A stretch of 64,000 nt of DNA from Rickettsiales bacterium (GTDB lineage: Bacteria > Pseudomonadota > Alphaproteobacteria > Rickettsiales > UBA3002): assembly GCA_022763105.1 (NCBI GenBank), contig JALEGK010000030.1, positions 358 through 64,357 of the forward strand, in the 5' to 3' direction. Positions 40,586-50,041 of the stretch are shown in pieces (the first letter of the stretch is position 1; every line of letters starts with the position of its first letter). The translations under genes were made by a program, and so were the position numbers. The notes under the pieces are model-generated. The model saw nothing but the letters and a program-made list of their open reading frames with translations, made no database searches and had not been told where the DNA came from.

Positions 40586-41521
40586 ATGGGAACGATGGAC
40601 GGCAAATGCGGAATGATCACCGGCGGTGCCAGCGGTATTGGCTTGGCAGTGCTGGAAGAAATGCTAAAACGCGGCGCAAGCGTGGTGGCGGCTGATATTA
40701 AAAGCTCACCAGAGCTGGATGCGCTGATTGCGCAATATGGCAATGATCGCGTGCGCTATGTGATGACCGATGTGTCGAACCCGAAAGCGCTCGAAGAAGC
40801 ATGCAAAGTCACCGCCGAGTTGGGCGGAGGAAATATCGATTTCCTGATCAATAATGCGGGCATTCAAATTCAGAAGCCAATCTCAGAGCAAACACCTGAA
40901 ACCTTCCAGAAGCTGATTGGTATTAACCTCATGGGTAAAGCCTATGGCACCATGGCCGCATTGCCTTACATGAAGGGTGAAGATGGCGTGATTATCAATA
41001 CCTCATCGGTACATGGTCATGTTGGCTCTGATGAACGTGGCCCTTATTGTGCCGCCATGCATGGCACGATTGGCCTGACCAAAACGACAGCGGCTGACTT
41101 AGCCAAAGATAATATCCGCGTCTATAGTGTCTCACCTGCCTTCATCGATACACCGCTCGCGCAAGGCCCACTCGAAGATCTGGTAGAGAAGGGACGCTTT
41201 AAGAATTACGAAGAGGCAAAAGAGTGGCGCCTGCAGTACCAAGGTAATAAATGGATTAGCATGGAAGATACGGTCGCGGCCTATGCCGATTTGCTCGATG
41301 GCACCAACCGCGCACCAACCGGACAGGATATCTTGCTAGATAATGGCTATGTGCGCAGCGCGAATGAGCGCAATGGCGGTATGGCGATCTTTGAAGATGA
41401 GGCGCAAAGCGGGGTGGACCGCATCAATGCCGGCGCAACCGTACCCACTCAGCTAGATGCGTCTAATTTAACACATAATGCACCGCAAAATAAGGGTTCT
41501 GATAAGCTTGAAGTGGGCTAA
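40586..41521 (+). CDS. SDR oxidoreductase (3-hydroxybutyrate dehydrogenase-like) with C-terminal extension
   Basis: TGGASGIG, INNAGIQ, SSVHG, YCAAMHG (YxxxK altered), P..IDTPL; start at 40586 with AGGAG RBS. Confidence 0.85.
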   Translation: MGTMDGKCGMITGGASGIGLAVLEEMLKRGASVVAADIKSSPELDALIAQYGNDRVRYVMTDVSNPKALEEACKVTAELGGGNIDFLINNAGIQIQKPISEQTPETFQKLIGINLMGKAYGTMAALPYMKGEDGVIINTSSVHGHVGSDERGPYCAAMHGTIGLTKTTAADLAKDNIRVYSVSPAFIDTPLAQGPLEDLVEKGRFKNYEEAKEWRLQYQGNKWISMEDTVAAYADLLDGTNRAPTGQDILLDNGYVRSANERNGGMAIFEDEAQSGVDRINAGATVPTQLDASNLTHNAPQNKGSDKLEVG

Positions 41522-41588
41522 CTTGACCGATTTCACCTGAAATCGTACAATAAGGGTAGATTATAAGTAACAAAAACAGGGATATGCT

Positions 41589-41951
41589 ATGACGGAGTTA
41601 ACCCGCTCTGAGAAAATGATCGCCGAGAAGACCGTCTGTGTCTTGCTCGTTCGTGGTGAAAGCCCCGATGGCGAGAAGATTTACGCGTATGTTGCCGTTC
41701 GCGCCGATAAGCTGGAAGAGTTTATGGAAGCGCAGAAAACCGGCACATTCTACCCTGAAGATTATGGTGTGATTGTAGAATCCGGAGTCGGAGAGCCGAC
41801 CGACGAGGTCAAACAACGCATGCATGATGAATATGGCTTCAATCATGATGCCATGGTCGATATTCCGGATGCCGCAAGTGCGGGCGATCTGAAAATGGAT
41901 GTGGTCAAGTCTGACCCGAAACATCCAGACAATACGAATAAAGACAACTAA
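41589..41951 (+). CDS. small hypothetical protein, homolog of 21114-21392
   Basis: Shared Y..V...F..A.....EDxG.....G.EP......YGF pattern. Confidence 0.75.
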   Translation: MTELTRSEKMIAEKTVCVLLVRGESPDGEKIYAYVAVRADKLEEFMEAQKTGTFYPEDYGVIVESGVGEPTDEVKQRMHDEYGFNHDAMVDIPDAASAGDLKMDVVKSDPKHPDNTNKDN

Positions 41952-42146
41952 TTCTCTTCATTCCTGATGTGCGCGCCGCAGGATAGGCTGTGGACTGTCA
42001 TCTTTATTTCATAAAAACGTCACATCCAACGTATTCTCAATAGGTTACACTGTAACTAGGCGTAGAGTAGTCTCTGCGTGGTCGTCTATGGTGGCCGCGC
42101 GCATGGGGCATGGCTCTAAGCCGTTGAAAGGAATGAAAGAAATTAA

Positions 42147-42830
42147 GTGACTGAGAAGCGGACATTAGGTTACATCGACACCTCCACTACAACGGTGGCG
42201 GGACAACGTAACCGTATTATTGCTACCCGAACCGGCGCGGAGATTACCAACGTCGCAGGTTCATTGGGGGCCATTATGCTTGCGCGCGAGCTGGTCGATA
42301 AAGGACCGCTGAGCGGTGTGCGCGAATTTGTCGCGGATCATGTGGTGCGCCCTTATCTGGATACGTGGAAACATATCGGTGGGGCAGCCAAATCGATTCA
42401 GACCAAAGACGATACCGAACGCTTAAAACAGATGAATAAACAAGATCAGTCGCGTTTCTACGCAGACTTGCTGATTGATTATTCCGCAGGTTTCATTGGC
42501 GGTGCTGGTGGTCAGATTGGTGGCCAGATGATTTTTGATGATCTGGCATCGGTTCCAAATATCGGACCAAAGAATCACGCAGCTGTTTATGGCGTGGATA
42601 AAGCGGCACAGATCGGCTCGATCTTCCTGCTGAATACGGCGCTATCAAAACCATCAGAACAGATGCAGAAAAGCCTGGCTGGCGTCATGCAAAAAAGCAT
42701 GGGCTTTGACGAAGAGTCGGCTAAGAAAAATGCGAACTTCCTTGTGAACTTCCAGATTCCAAACTTTGTCGGTGCGGCCGCAGCCGTAATGGCGCACTTG
42801 AAAATTTCTAGAAACTTTAAGTGGAACTAA
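42147..42830 (+). CDS. hypothetical protein with Gly/Ala-rich helices
   Basis: 227 aa, GTG start. Confidence 0.65.
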   Translation: MTEKRTLGYIDTSTTTVAGQRNRIIATRTGAEITNVAGSLGAIMLARELVDKGPLSGVREFVADHVVRPYLDTWKHIGGAAKSIQTKDDTERLKQMNKQDQSRFYADLLIDYSAGFIGGAGGQIGGQMIFDDLASVPNIGPKNHAAVYGVDKAAQIGSIFLLNTALSKPSEQMQKSLAGVMQKSMGFDEESAKKNANFLVNFQIPNFVGAAAAVMAHLKISRNFKWN

Positions 42831-42865
42831 CCCACACCCACACCTTGTAAATCCATGAGTTGATT

Positions 42866-43051
42866 ATGCCCTGTTGGTTGCAGATGCAAAGCAGTCTGTT
42901 TGGCTGCAATGCACATCTGCGCCTGCATTTCAGGCGGGCAGGTAAGCTCTATTGGGTGGATGATGCCGAGGCGCAGTTACTACTACGTGCGAACGATGCG
43001 ATACGGATCACCCCCGCGTTTTTTGACCCCCCACACAGATCAGGAGAATAG
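42866..43051 (+). CDS. small phage-like protein preceding the head-tail connector
   Basis: MQSSLFG...AGKLYWVDDAEAQLLLRANDA resembles small proteins found after HK97-type capsids; stop lies 1 nt before the g6 ATG. Confidence 0.45.
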   Translation: MPCWLQMQSSLFGCNAHLRLHFRRAGKLYWVDDAEAQLLLRANDAIRITPAFFDPPHRSGE

Positions 43052-43052
43052 C

Positions 43053-43598
43053 ATGAGCGAATACCCAACCCGCGGGCTGCACCGCGTGACAGACCCAAGC
43101 GTCGAGCCGCTAAGCGTTAGTGAAGCGAAGCTCTTCTTGCGCATTGATACGAGCGATGATGATAGCCTGATTGGCGATTTCATTACCGCCGCACGCGAGC
43201 TAGCCGAGGCCATGACCGGACGCTCGCTCATTACGCAAAGCTGGCGCGTGACCTATGAGAATGCCGCACCGAACCCGATGCCATTGCCGCAAGGCCCAAT
43301 CCTGTCGATCACATCGGTGAAGACGATAGATGAAAGCGCCAGTGAAACCACGATCAGCAGTGATGATTATGAGCTGAATGCAAGCAAGACCGAATTGTTA
43401 AGCGATACCGGCCTGTGCGCACACCGCATTGAGGTAACGTACCAAGCGGGGTACGGCCCAAGCGCCAGCGATGTGCCTGCCGATATCCGCCAAGCGATGC
43501 TGATGCATATCGCGCATATCTATGGCCACCGTGATGAGATGAACCCACCCCAAACCAGCCTGATTATCTATCAGCAATATCGTGGGGTGCGCGTATGA
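43053..43598 (+). CDS. head-tail connector / adaptor (GTA g6, phiE125 gp8-like)
   Basis: EPLSVSEAKLFLRID, AARELAEAMTGRSLITQSW, AGYG..VPADIRQAML; AGGAG RBS. Confidence 0.9.
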   Translation: MSEYPTRGLHRVTDPSVEPLSVSEAKLFLRIDTSDDDSLIGDFITAARELAEAMTGRSLITQSWRVTYENAAPNPMPLPQGPILSITSVKTIDESASETTISSDDYELNASKTELLSDTGLCAHRIEVTYQAGYGPSASDVPADIRQAMLMHIAHIYGHRDEMNPPQTSLIIYQQYRGVRV

Positions 43599-43960
43599 GT
43601 ATCCGAGGCAGAAACACTGGCATTGCAGGTGAGCTAAGCGCGCGCTTGCGCCACCGTATTACGATTGAACAGCCAAACGATACCGCCGATGGCGGCGGCG
43701 GCGTCACACGAGGCTGGACGACAGTAGCAACCGTGTGGGCAGAGATTATCCCAACACGTGGCGGAGCAGAGCAGGGCTTAGGCGAAGCAGCCATACAAGC
43801 GCTACACACACACCGCATCACCATTCGCTATCGCGACGATGTCAGCACCGATATGCGCATCGGTTTCGATGGTCGATATTTCAATATTCGCAGTATCACC
43901 AATGTAGAGGAAGCCAAGGTCGTACTGGAGCTAAATGTTGAAGAAGGAGGCGCCGTATGA
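43595..43960 (+). CDS. head closure protein (GTA g7, SPP1 gp16-like)
   Basis: LRHRITIEQP..DGGGG..W..VATVWA, HRITIRYR, MRI, FNIRSI. Confidence 0.92.
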   Translation: MSIRGRNTGIAGELSARLRHRITIEQPNDTADGGGGVTRGWTTVATVWAEIIPTRGGAEQGLGEAAIQALHTHRITIRYRDDVSTDMRIGFDGRYFNIRSITNVEEAKVVLELNVEEGGAV

Positions 43961-44367
43961 GCGATTGGATTTTATGGCCTGCCCAAAAGGCAATTTATTC
44001 GCATTTAAGCAGCGATTCTGCCCTAAATGCGCTGGTGACGGGCACCTATGACCACGTGCCGCCAGATGCTGCCTTCCCATACGTTTATTTAGGCCAGGGA
44101 ACGGCGGAAGATCAGAGTGTGATGGGCCGTCAACGCAGTGTGATAGAGCTGCCTATTTTCGTCTATAGTCGCGAGGGCGGTAAGCGCGAAACACAGAAGA
44201 TTTTTGCGCGACTCTATTGGCTGCTCCATGACCAAACACTCAGTGGCGATGGCATTTCGCTGTACCATATCGAACACCGCACGGCAGTCATACGATTACT
44301 CGATGACAGACAAACCTATCAGGGTGAAATGCGGTTTCAGATTTGGTGTGAAGTGAGTGTGGCGTAA
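43957..44367 (+). CDS. DUF3168 tail terminator/completion protein (GTA g8)
   Basis: QKAIYSHL, YDHVP...FPYVYLG, SREGG; ATGA overlap with g7. Confidence 0.85.
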   Translation: MSDWILWPAQKAIYSHLSSDSALNALVTGTYDHVPPDAAFPYVYLGQGTAEDQSVMGRQRSVIELPIFVYSREGGKRETQKIFARLYWLLHDQTLSGDGISLYHIEHRTAVIRLLDDRQTYQGEMRFQIWCEVSVA

Positions 44368-44868
44368 CTAGCGAACCGCGGCAGCCGATGTGCTGCTAAA
44401 GAGTGCGGCAGAATCTTTATAGAAACTGGCGCGCTCATCATCGCAGATACTACGCTGATTCGACGCGTAATGCGCACAGGCCAGCTTGTTGTCTTGAAAC
44501 TCAAAGACAACCGGCTCTGGCTCGACATCGAAAGTATGGAATTCATAGACCATGCCGTTACGCACGCGAACCATCGAATTGTCCGCAGGCGCGCCAAAGG
44601 CAAGTTCTAACATGTGCTGTGCTGCTCCCCAGAAGGGACGACCCTCAATGAGGTCTTTCTTGTTGCGATCAGAAATCAGCATGCTGCGAATACGCTCGAT
44701 GCGGCGCTTTTCTGAAAGATCGGGATCGCTCTCGATAGAGGCCATCGCTTTGCTGCCAGTCAGAATATATTTCATATTACCCAATAGCTCTGAATGACTC
44801 GCATTCAGATACAGAATCATGACGAACACTAATGATCCGAGTAATAATGAAGGGACGATTGTCCTCAT
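44368..44868 (-). CDS. hypothetical membrane-anchored protein
   Basis: N-terminal hydrophobic helix; 166 aa. Confidence 0.6.
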   Translation of the reverse strand: MRTIVPSLLLGSLVFVMILYLNASHSELLGNMKYILTGSKAMASIESDPDLSEKRRIERIRSMLISDRNKKDLIEGRPFWGAAQHMLELAFGAPADNSMVRVRNGMVYEFHTFDVEPEPVVFEFQDNKLACAHYASNQRSICDDERASFYKDSAALFSSTSAAAVR

Positions 44869-45019
44869 AGTCTGCTAGCCTTCCGTATCTGCCCAAAAAA
44901 TGGGCCTTTTACAGTACGTTTCTCTGTCGCACTCTTAGGTGCAATCTACTTCACTATAGCAACAAAAAGTTAACAAAGTGTCAAAATGAAGATGAAATGA
45001 GGGCGGTTTTGTTAATAAA

Positions 45020-45757
45020 TTAAGGGGTCTTAGCCTGAAAACGCAGCATGAAATTGGCGTATTGCTGGTCTAGCATGGCAAGCTCTGGCGCATCACATGG
45101 TGTGCGGCTATACATCATTTGGAACGAGCCTTCCGCCGCCGTGACAATACCCGAATAAAGCTCTGATACATCGATTTTTTCAACGGTACCATGCTTCTTA
45201 TGCTCCAGTAGATCGGAATGCATGGCGCGCATGAGGGCTTTGACCTCATCGGCATTGGTACGCTCACAACGCAGCAGGATATAAGCACCCACCAGCGAGT
45301 TCTCGTAACGTTGCTTCAAATCATCCAACGTTGCATCATGTGCCCAGTCGCTCTCAGACTCTAGCAGGCTTAAAATAAGAGATGGATCATCCTCAGAGGT
45401 CTGATTTTCTGTGCGATACACACTGGTTGCGCTGCGACGCTGCATCTCTAACTGCTGAATACTATCGCTGATACGCTGCTGAGCCGCCATGCGCAGCTCT
45501 AAATGACGCACTTGATGGCGCAAATCTTCCAGCAAATAGCCCATTGAGCTAAAAATCAGCGCGATAAACAATAAAGATAGCACATTGCGCTGACGAAATT
45601 TCTTCAGCAGGAAATCGATGCGATGCTCAGGAATGACATCTTCGAGTTGAGCGCGTAACGCTTTCTCATCCATGAATAAATAGGCCAGTGTCAGCACCAG
45701 CAATAATACAAAAATAATCGCAAACGCAATCGGCGGGATATCGTGGATAAATTCCAT
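45020..45757 (-). CDS. hypothetical membrane protein
   Basis: Two TM helices plus coiled coil; start MEFIH overlaps the upstream stop (TGATG). Confidence 0.65.
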   Translation of the reverse strand: MEFIHDIPPIAFAIIFVLLLVLTLAYLFMDEKALRAQLEDVIPEHRIDFLLKKFRQRNVLSLLFIALIFSSMGYLLEDLRHQVRHLELRMAAQQRISDSIQQLEMQRRSATSVYRTENQTSEDDPSLILSLLESESDWAHDATLDDLKQRYENSLVGAYILLRCERTNADEVKALMRAMHSDLLEHKKHGTVEKIDVSELYSGIVTAAEGSFQMMYSRTPCDAPELAMLDQQYANFMLRFQAKTP

Positions 45758-46224
45758 CAGCCTGAAGCCCCCTGTCCGGTGCAATCAATGACCAGATTCT
45801 CGCCCATCGCGGCTTTAACTTGCCATAAGCGGTCATACGCGAAACAGCGATATTCAACATCTAAACGCTTACGGCAAGAGGGATGCTTTTTGTTTTCCAG
45901 CACCTTCGGCGTCGCTTTGATCTGGCAGGTGAATTTACCGCCACACAGCTCTTTCATTTTATGCAGCACATTATTGCGCTCCATATTATCCAACCCGTCA
46001 GTGGGCAGGTTACGACGCGCATAATCTTTGCGCTTTAGATCGAGCACATAATTACAATTCTCGCCCCAAGTGGCAGAATGAATATCGATAACTTTATTGG
46101 GGTCCACACCGCTAATGCCTGCTTCGGCAGCGATTTGCTCTTTATTGCCGGCTACGAGAAATACGATGATCGCCGCAGTGATCATCATAGAGACAGCCAT
46201 AATATGAAACTTCATATTCGTCAT
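45757..46224 (-). CDS. membrane-anchored protein with SUEL/Gal_Lectin-like domain
   Basis: IDIHSATWGENC...CGGKFTCQIKA...PSCRKRLDVEYRC fits SUEL cysteine spacing. Confidence 0.6.
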   Translation of the reverse strand: MTNMKFHIMAVSMMITAAIIVFLVAGNKEQIAAEAGISGVDPNKVIDIHSATWGENCNYVLDLKRKDYARRNLPTDGLDNMERNNVLHKMKELCGGKFTCQIKATPKVLENKKHPSCRKRLDVEYRCFAYDRLWQVKAAMGENLVIDCTGQGASG

Positions 46225-46417
46225 TGCTGCTTACCGCTTAAGTCCGTGCGAGACTCCCTGTTTTGTTTGTTTTTGTCTTATGATCTGAACGCTGGTTTAG
46301 TGAGATTACGCGCCGACCACAAGGTTTTATTATCATTATTCTAAGGTAATAGCGTACCGGGTTTAAGTAAAAAAATAATTAATACTAAGATAACAAAGCG
46401 TTAATGTTTGGTTTTAT

Positions 46418-48478
46418 TTAGACATTAGCGGCGCGTGCGCGCTGCTCCAGAAGAATCTTTAGGGCTGTCTGTGCATCGACGCTGCCCGTTGTGCCTGCAT
46501 CTTTCATCTCTACAGAGCCAACCATGCCACGACCAACTTCGAGTGTGTCAGCGCGCGCTAGCTCGGTGCGATGACCGGTAGGGGTGACATCACCCGCATC
46601 CGCGCGATCGGTACGTCCAGTGGTTGCACGATCAACGGTTGCGCCGCCCATATGCTCACGACGATAGGCCAATGATGCCTCAAACCCTTTGCTGGTATCG
46701 GCATATTGCATCATATGCTTTGGAATATCGATGCCATGATTACCAAACAACGCCAAATGACCACCCCACCATCCTTGATAGTGCAGATGCGCCAAATAAA
46801 CTTTTTCACCTTCCTTAGTGCCATCTGGAACGACACCGGTGAAGGTGTTTAGCAGCTTACGCTTTTCCTGAAGCACGGGCGAGATGACTTGTGCAATCTC
46901 ATTGTAAGTGAGTGGGCGATATAGCGCCTGATTATCTTTGACTGATTTAACCTTGCCATCCGAAGTGGTGACTTTAAATTCATCGGTCGCGAGCAAGGCT
47001 AGCTCTTGTTCATTTAATTGACCGCCTTTACCGGCAAGTAAGCGATCCCATACGGATTGATCACCAGAAAGCTTGGCTTCTTTGAGTTTTGCAACCTGCG
47101 CATCAGATAGCTTTAACTGATTTTGCAATATGCGACCATATAAGCCGCCCATATCATCTTGCAGATACAAGCGATCTTCTTCGGTCAGATATTGCGAACC
47201 AAATGGGTTTTGCTCTGGGTTTAAGAAGACTTGCTGCAAGAGACCGGCGCGATGCGAAATCTCATTAAGTTGCACATGGTATTTGACCATACTGGCACCG
47301 TCTTTACCTTCTTCCCATAAGGTGTGCCCTGCGTCTGATACGCTCTTTTTGAACTTATCCCAGCTCTCAATCGAAATTTTCTCACCGGCCTTAAACATGC
47401 CATTGAATAGTTCTGCAGCACCTTTGGTCATGCCTTGTACGGCACCATTGATCAGAGTGATGTGACCATGACCAAGCGCCATATGCTTGCCCACCACGCC
47501 CATAATGGCGCCCATTTCATCGGTGGTTAGTTTGATGTTTTTAAATGGTGAATCGGCGGCACCTAAAATGCGATCCAGATCACCTTGTGAAATATCACCA
47601 TGCTTAACGGCAGCACGAATAAAGTGTACACCAGTGCCACGCAATTCACTTGCCTTAAGCTCGCGAACCAGCGGGTTAAAGAGCTGGTCGCCCCACATGC
47701 CTTTGGTTTTACCGGCATATAGCTCCATCATGTGGCGCAGATTCTGAATACGCTCTTCTTCAAGCGCGAGCGTGCGACCCTTCATGATGCTTTCATTGAA
47801 ATCTTCCAGATGCTTCTTCGCCAGATCAACCTGTGCGGCTGCTTGGAATGTCTCTAACATAGAGCCTTTGCCAGACATGGCGGCTTCCATCTGAACAACA
47901 ATCGCTTCAGCTTCCTCAGCGGTAACTGGTTCACGTTTGCCGGTTTTCTCATCCACCACTTTTCCGCGTGATTGAATCGAAGAGACCAGCTCAGCACGTG
48001 TATCTTTTAGGCGTTGCTCAAGGTCAGCATGCCCTTTTTCAGCGCGAGGCGGCTTACCATCAACAAAGAAATCTTTATAAAGCGCTGCCTTTGCGATAGG
48101 TGATTTCGTATCGCGCTCATGCTGGGGCTTGCCTTCGTTGGTTTCACGCCACTTATCGATCTCTGCTTGTAGCGCATCTTTATCACCACCATGTGCGACT
48201 AATGCCGCTTCATAAGCAGATTTATAACCACCATTACCTTCATAACCACCACCAATCTCGGTGACGAGTTCGTCGAAACGACGTTTGATATATACGGCAC
48301 GCGAAAACTCCGCTAGCGCGGCGTCGCTGCGGATATTCTCTTTATGAACCGTTTGCTGGGCATCGAGCTTTTGTTTGATCGCACCTTGCATGTCCAGGTG
48401 CTTACGATTTTGAATCTGCTCCTCGACGATGTTCGAGTAGCGATGTCCCCCCTTAGTTGTTTTCGTTTTATCGGTCAT
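46418..48478 (-). CDS. large hypothetical protein (helical/coiled coil)
   Basis: 686-aa ORF; no family recognised. Confidence 0.75.
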   Translation of the reverse strand: MTDKTKTTKGGHRYSNIVEEQIQNRKHLDMQGAIKQKLDAQQTVHKENIRSDAALAEFSRAVYIKRRFDELVTEIGGGYEGNGGYKSAYEAALVAHGGDKDALQAEIDKWRETNEGKPQHERDTKSPIAKAALYKDFFVDGKPPRAEKGHADLEQRLKDTRAELVSSIQSRGKVVDEKTGKREPVTAEEAEAIVVQMEAAMSGKGSMLETFQAAAQVDLAKKHLEDFNESIMKGRTLALEEERIQNLRHMMELYAGKTKGMWGDQLFNPLVRELKASELRGTGVHFIRAAVKHGDISQGDLDRILGAADSPFKNIKLTTDEMGAIMGVVGKHMALGHGHITLINGAVQGMTKGAAELFNGMFKAGEKISIESWDKFKKSVSDAGHTLWEEGKDGASMVKYHVQLNEISHRAGLLQQVFLNPEQNPFGSQYLTEEDRLYLQDDMGGLYGRILQNQLKLSDAQVAKLKEAKLSGDQSVWDRLLAGKGGQLNEQELALLATDEFKVTTSDGKVKSVKDNQALYRPLTYNEIAQVISPVLQEKRKLLNTFTGVVPDGTKEGEKVYLAHLHYQGWWGGHLALFGNHGIDIPKHMMQYADTSKGFEASLAYRREHMGGATVDRATTGRTDRADAGDVTPTGHRTELARADTLEVGRGMVGSVEMKDAGTTGSVDAQTALKILLEQRARAANV

Positions 48479-48501
48479 TGTTTCACGTGCTTATGTTGTA
48501 C

Positions 48502-49764
48502 TTACATAGTTACCATAACGTCTTTTGCCGTTGTTTTCACTTTAGCTTCTTCACTGCCGTGATATTTAATCGGATCGAACGTCAAACCAGTTAGTTTTGA
48601 TTCAATCACAATACCGCCGTCGGTAAAGTCGATATCTTTGATATTCTCTAACTGACCACCAACAAGCGCTTTGATGCTTTTAAAGGTTTCCGGGTTCTCC
48701 GTAGCGATTTGATTAAGTACACGGATTTCAGCTTCGGTTAGATATTCTTTATGATCGGTTTTGCCCTTGCCCTGATCAATGAGGGCTTTTAGTGCCGCAA
48801 TCGCTTTTGCATTGCCGGTAACACCAAGATTCTGCGCTGTCAGATTAGTGATAATACCCTGACGCAGATCGTCCGCAGCTTTATCAATGGCAGCGATGCC
48901 GTCTGCTGCATTTACAATAGCGCCATCCATTGTGATACTAGTAAATTCGCCTTTTAGGCGCGCATCATAAATGGCACCATACAAACCGGTGCGTGGCTCG
49001 ATTGCGGTTAGTCGTAGGCCAGTTTTGCCGTTACCATGAATACGAATCTCGCGGTAACCATAACCGGTAATTCGCTCGGCAATTGATTGCGCGTATTTCT
49101 TCGCGTCGGCATCACCATTCAGAATAGTCAAAGCATTCTTGCGGTCATCAGCAGTGAGAACATAGGGTTTCCCACCCGGAGTCAGGTCTTTATTCAGACG
49201 TGATTCAAGTAATTTGACGAGTGCCTCTTCGTAGACCGCTTGATAGGTCGCTTTCGCTACAGATTTAGCATTTGCTTTTGCTTCATCTTCTGGGCCACGA
49301 ATCCAATCTGCGATCCCCATACCAACACGACCATCCTTAAAGGTTGTCGATGCGGTTTCTGCGGCTACTTTAAGTAATGATTCTTGAATGCCTTTTGGTA
49401 CGTCAGTGCCTAATGGTTCTTTTCCTTCTTTGGCAAGCTTGGTCATTTCATCGAGTTTGGCAACAACAGCGTCATTCAGTTTGGTTGCTGTTGGTGCGAT
49501 CAGGTCGCCCAGTCCGCTCCATAATTGACCAAAGACTTCTGTTAGTGGCTCCCACCACCAACCAACGAGATATTGATACCAAGTACTGTTTTTTGCTTCT
49601 TCTGCATCTGCTGGACGCACTTCACCTTCTTTAAGAAGGCCGAATCTTGCTTTAAGATCGTAAGCCATCGCTTGCTGAAGACCTTTTTGCGCATCCCCAG
49701 TAGGGTCGCCTATAGTCTCCTTGAATACGCCTCCGAAAAACTCGCTAAGATTAAATCCAAACAT
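48502..49764 (-). CDS. hypothetical protein
   Basis: 420-aa ORF; no family recognised. Confidence 0.75.
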   Translation of the reverse strand: MFGFNLSEFFGGVFKETIGDPTGDAQKGLQQAMAYDLKARFGLLKEGEVRPADAEEAKNSTWYQYLVGWWWEPLTEVFGQLWSGLGDLIAPTATKLNDAVVAKLDEMTKLAKEGKEPLGTDVPKGIQESLLKVAAETASTTFKDGRVGMGIADWIRGPEDEAKANAKSVAKATYQAVYEEALVKLLESRLNKDLTPGGKPYVLTADDRKNALTILNGDADAKKYAQSIAERITGYGYREIRIHGNGKTGLRLTAIEPRTGLYGAIYDARLKGEFTSITMDGAIVNAADGIAAIDKAADDLRQGIITNLTAQNLGVTGNAKAIAALKALIDQGKGKTDHKEYLTEAEIRVLNQIATENPETFKSIKALVGGQLENIKDIDFTDGGIVIESKLTGLTFDPIKYHGSEEAKVKTTAKDVMVTM

Positions 49765-50041
49765 TGTCTGCCCTTTAAGGTTTTTTTCGCTTTCAATTTC
49801 GTTCGGGATACAATGATCCCTTTCTACTGTACTAATAGTACCAATTTTACCCCCAATTTTGTGTGAACCTTATGTGACAATATCCTTGTTTTTCAGTGGT
49901 TATCTTCACGCAAACGTCACACATACTGCCCAATAGCTCTGATAAACTGCTAAGTGCATCAATGTGGGTTGGTGCGCGTGCGCTATGGGGAATAAACCCG
50001 ATGGCGAAACTAGAAAAAACGGGAGTATTGCAACCGCTTAT

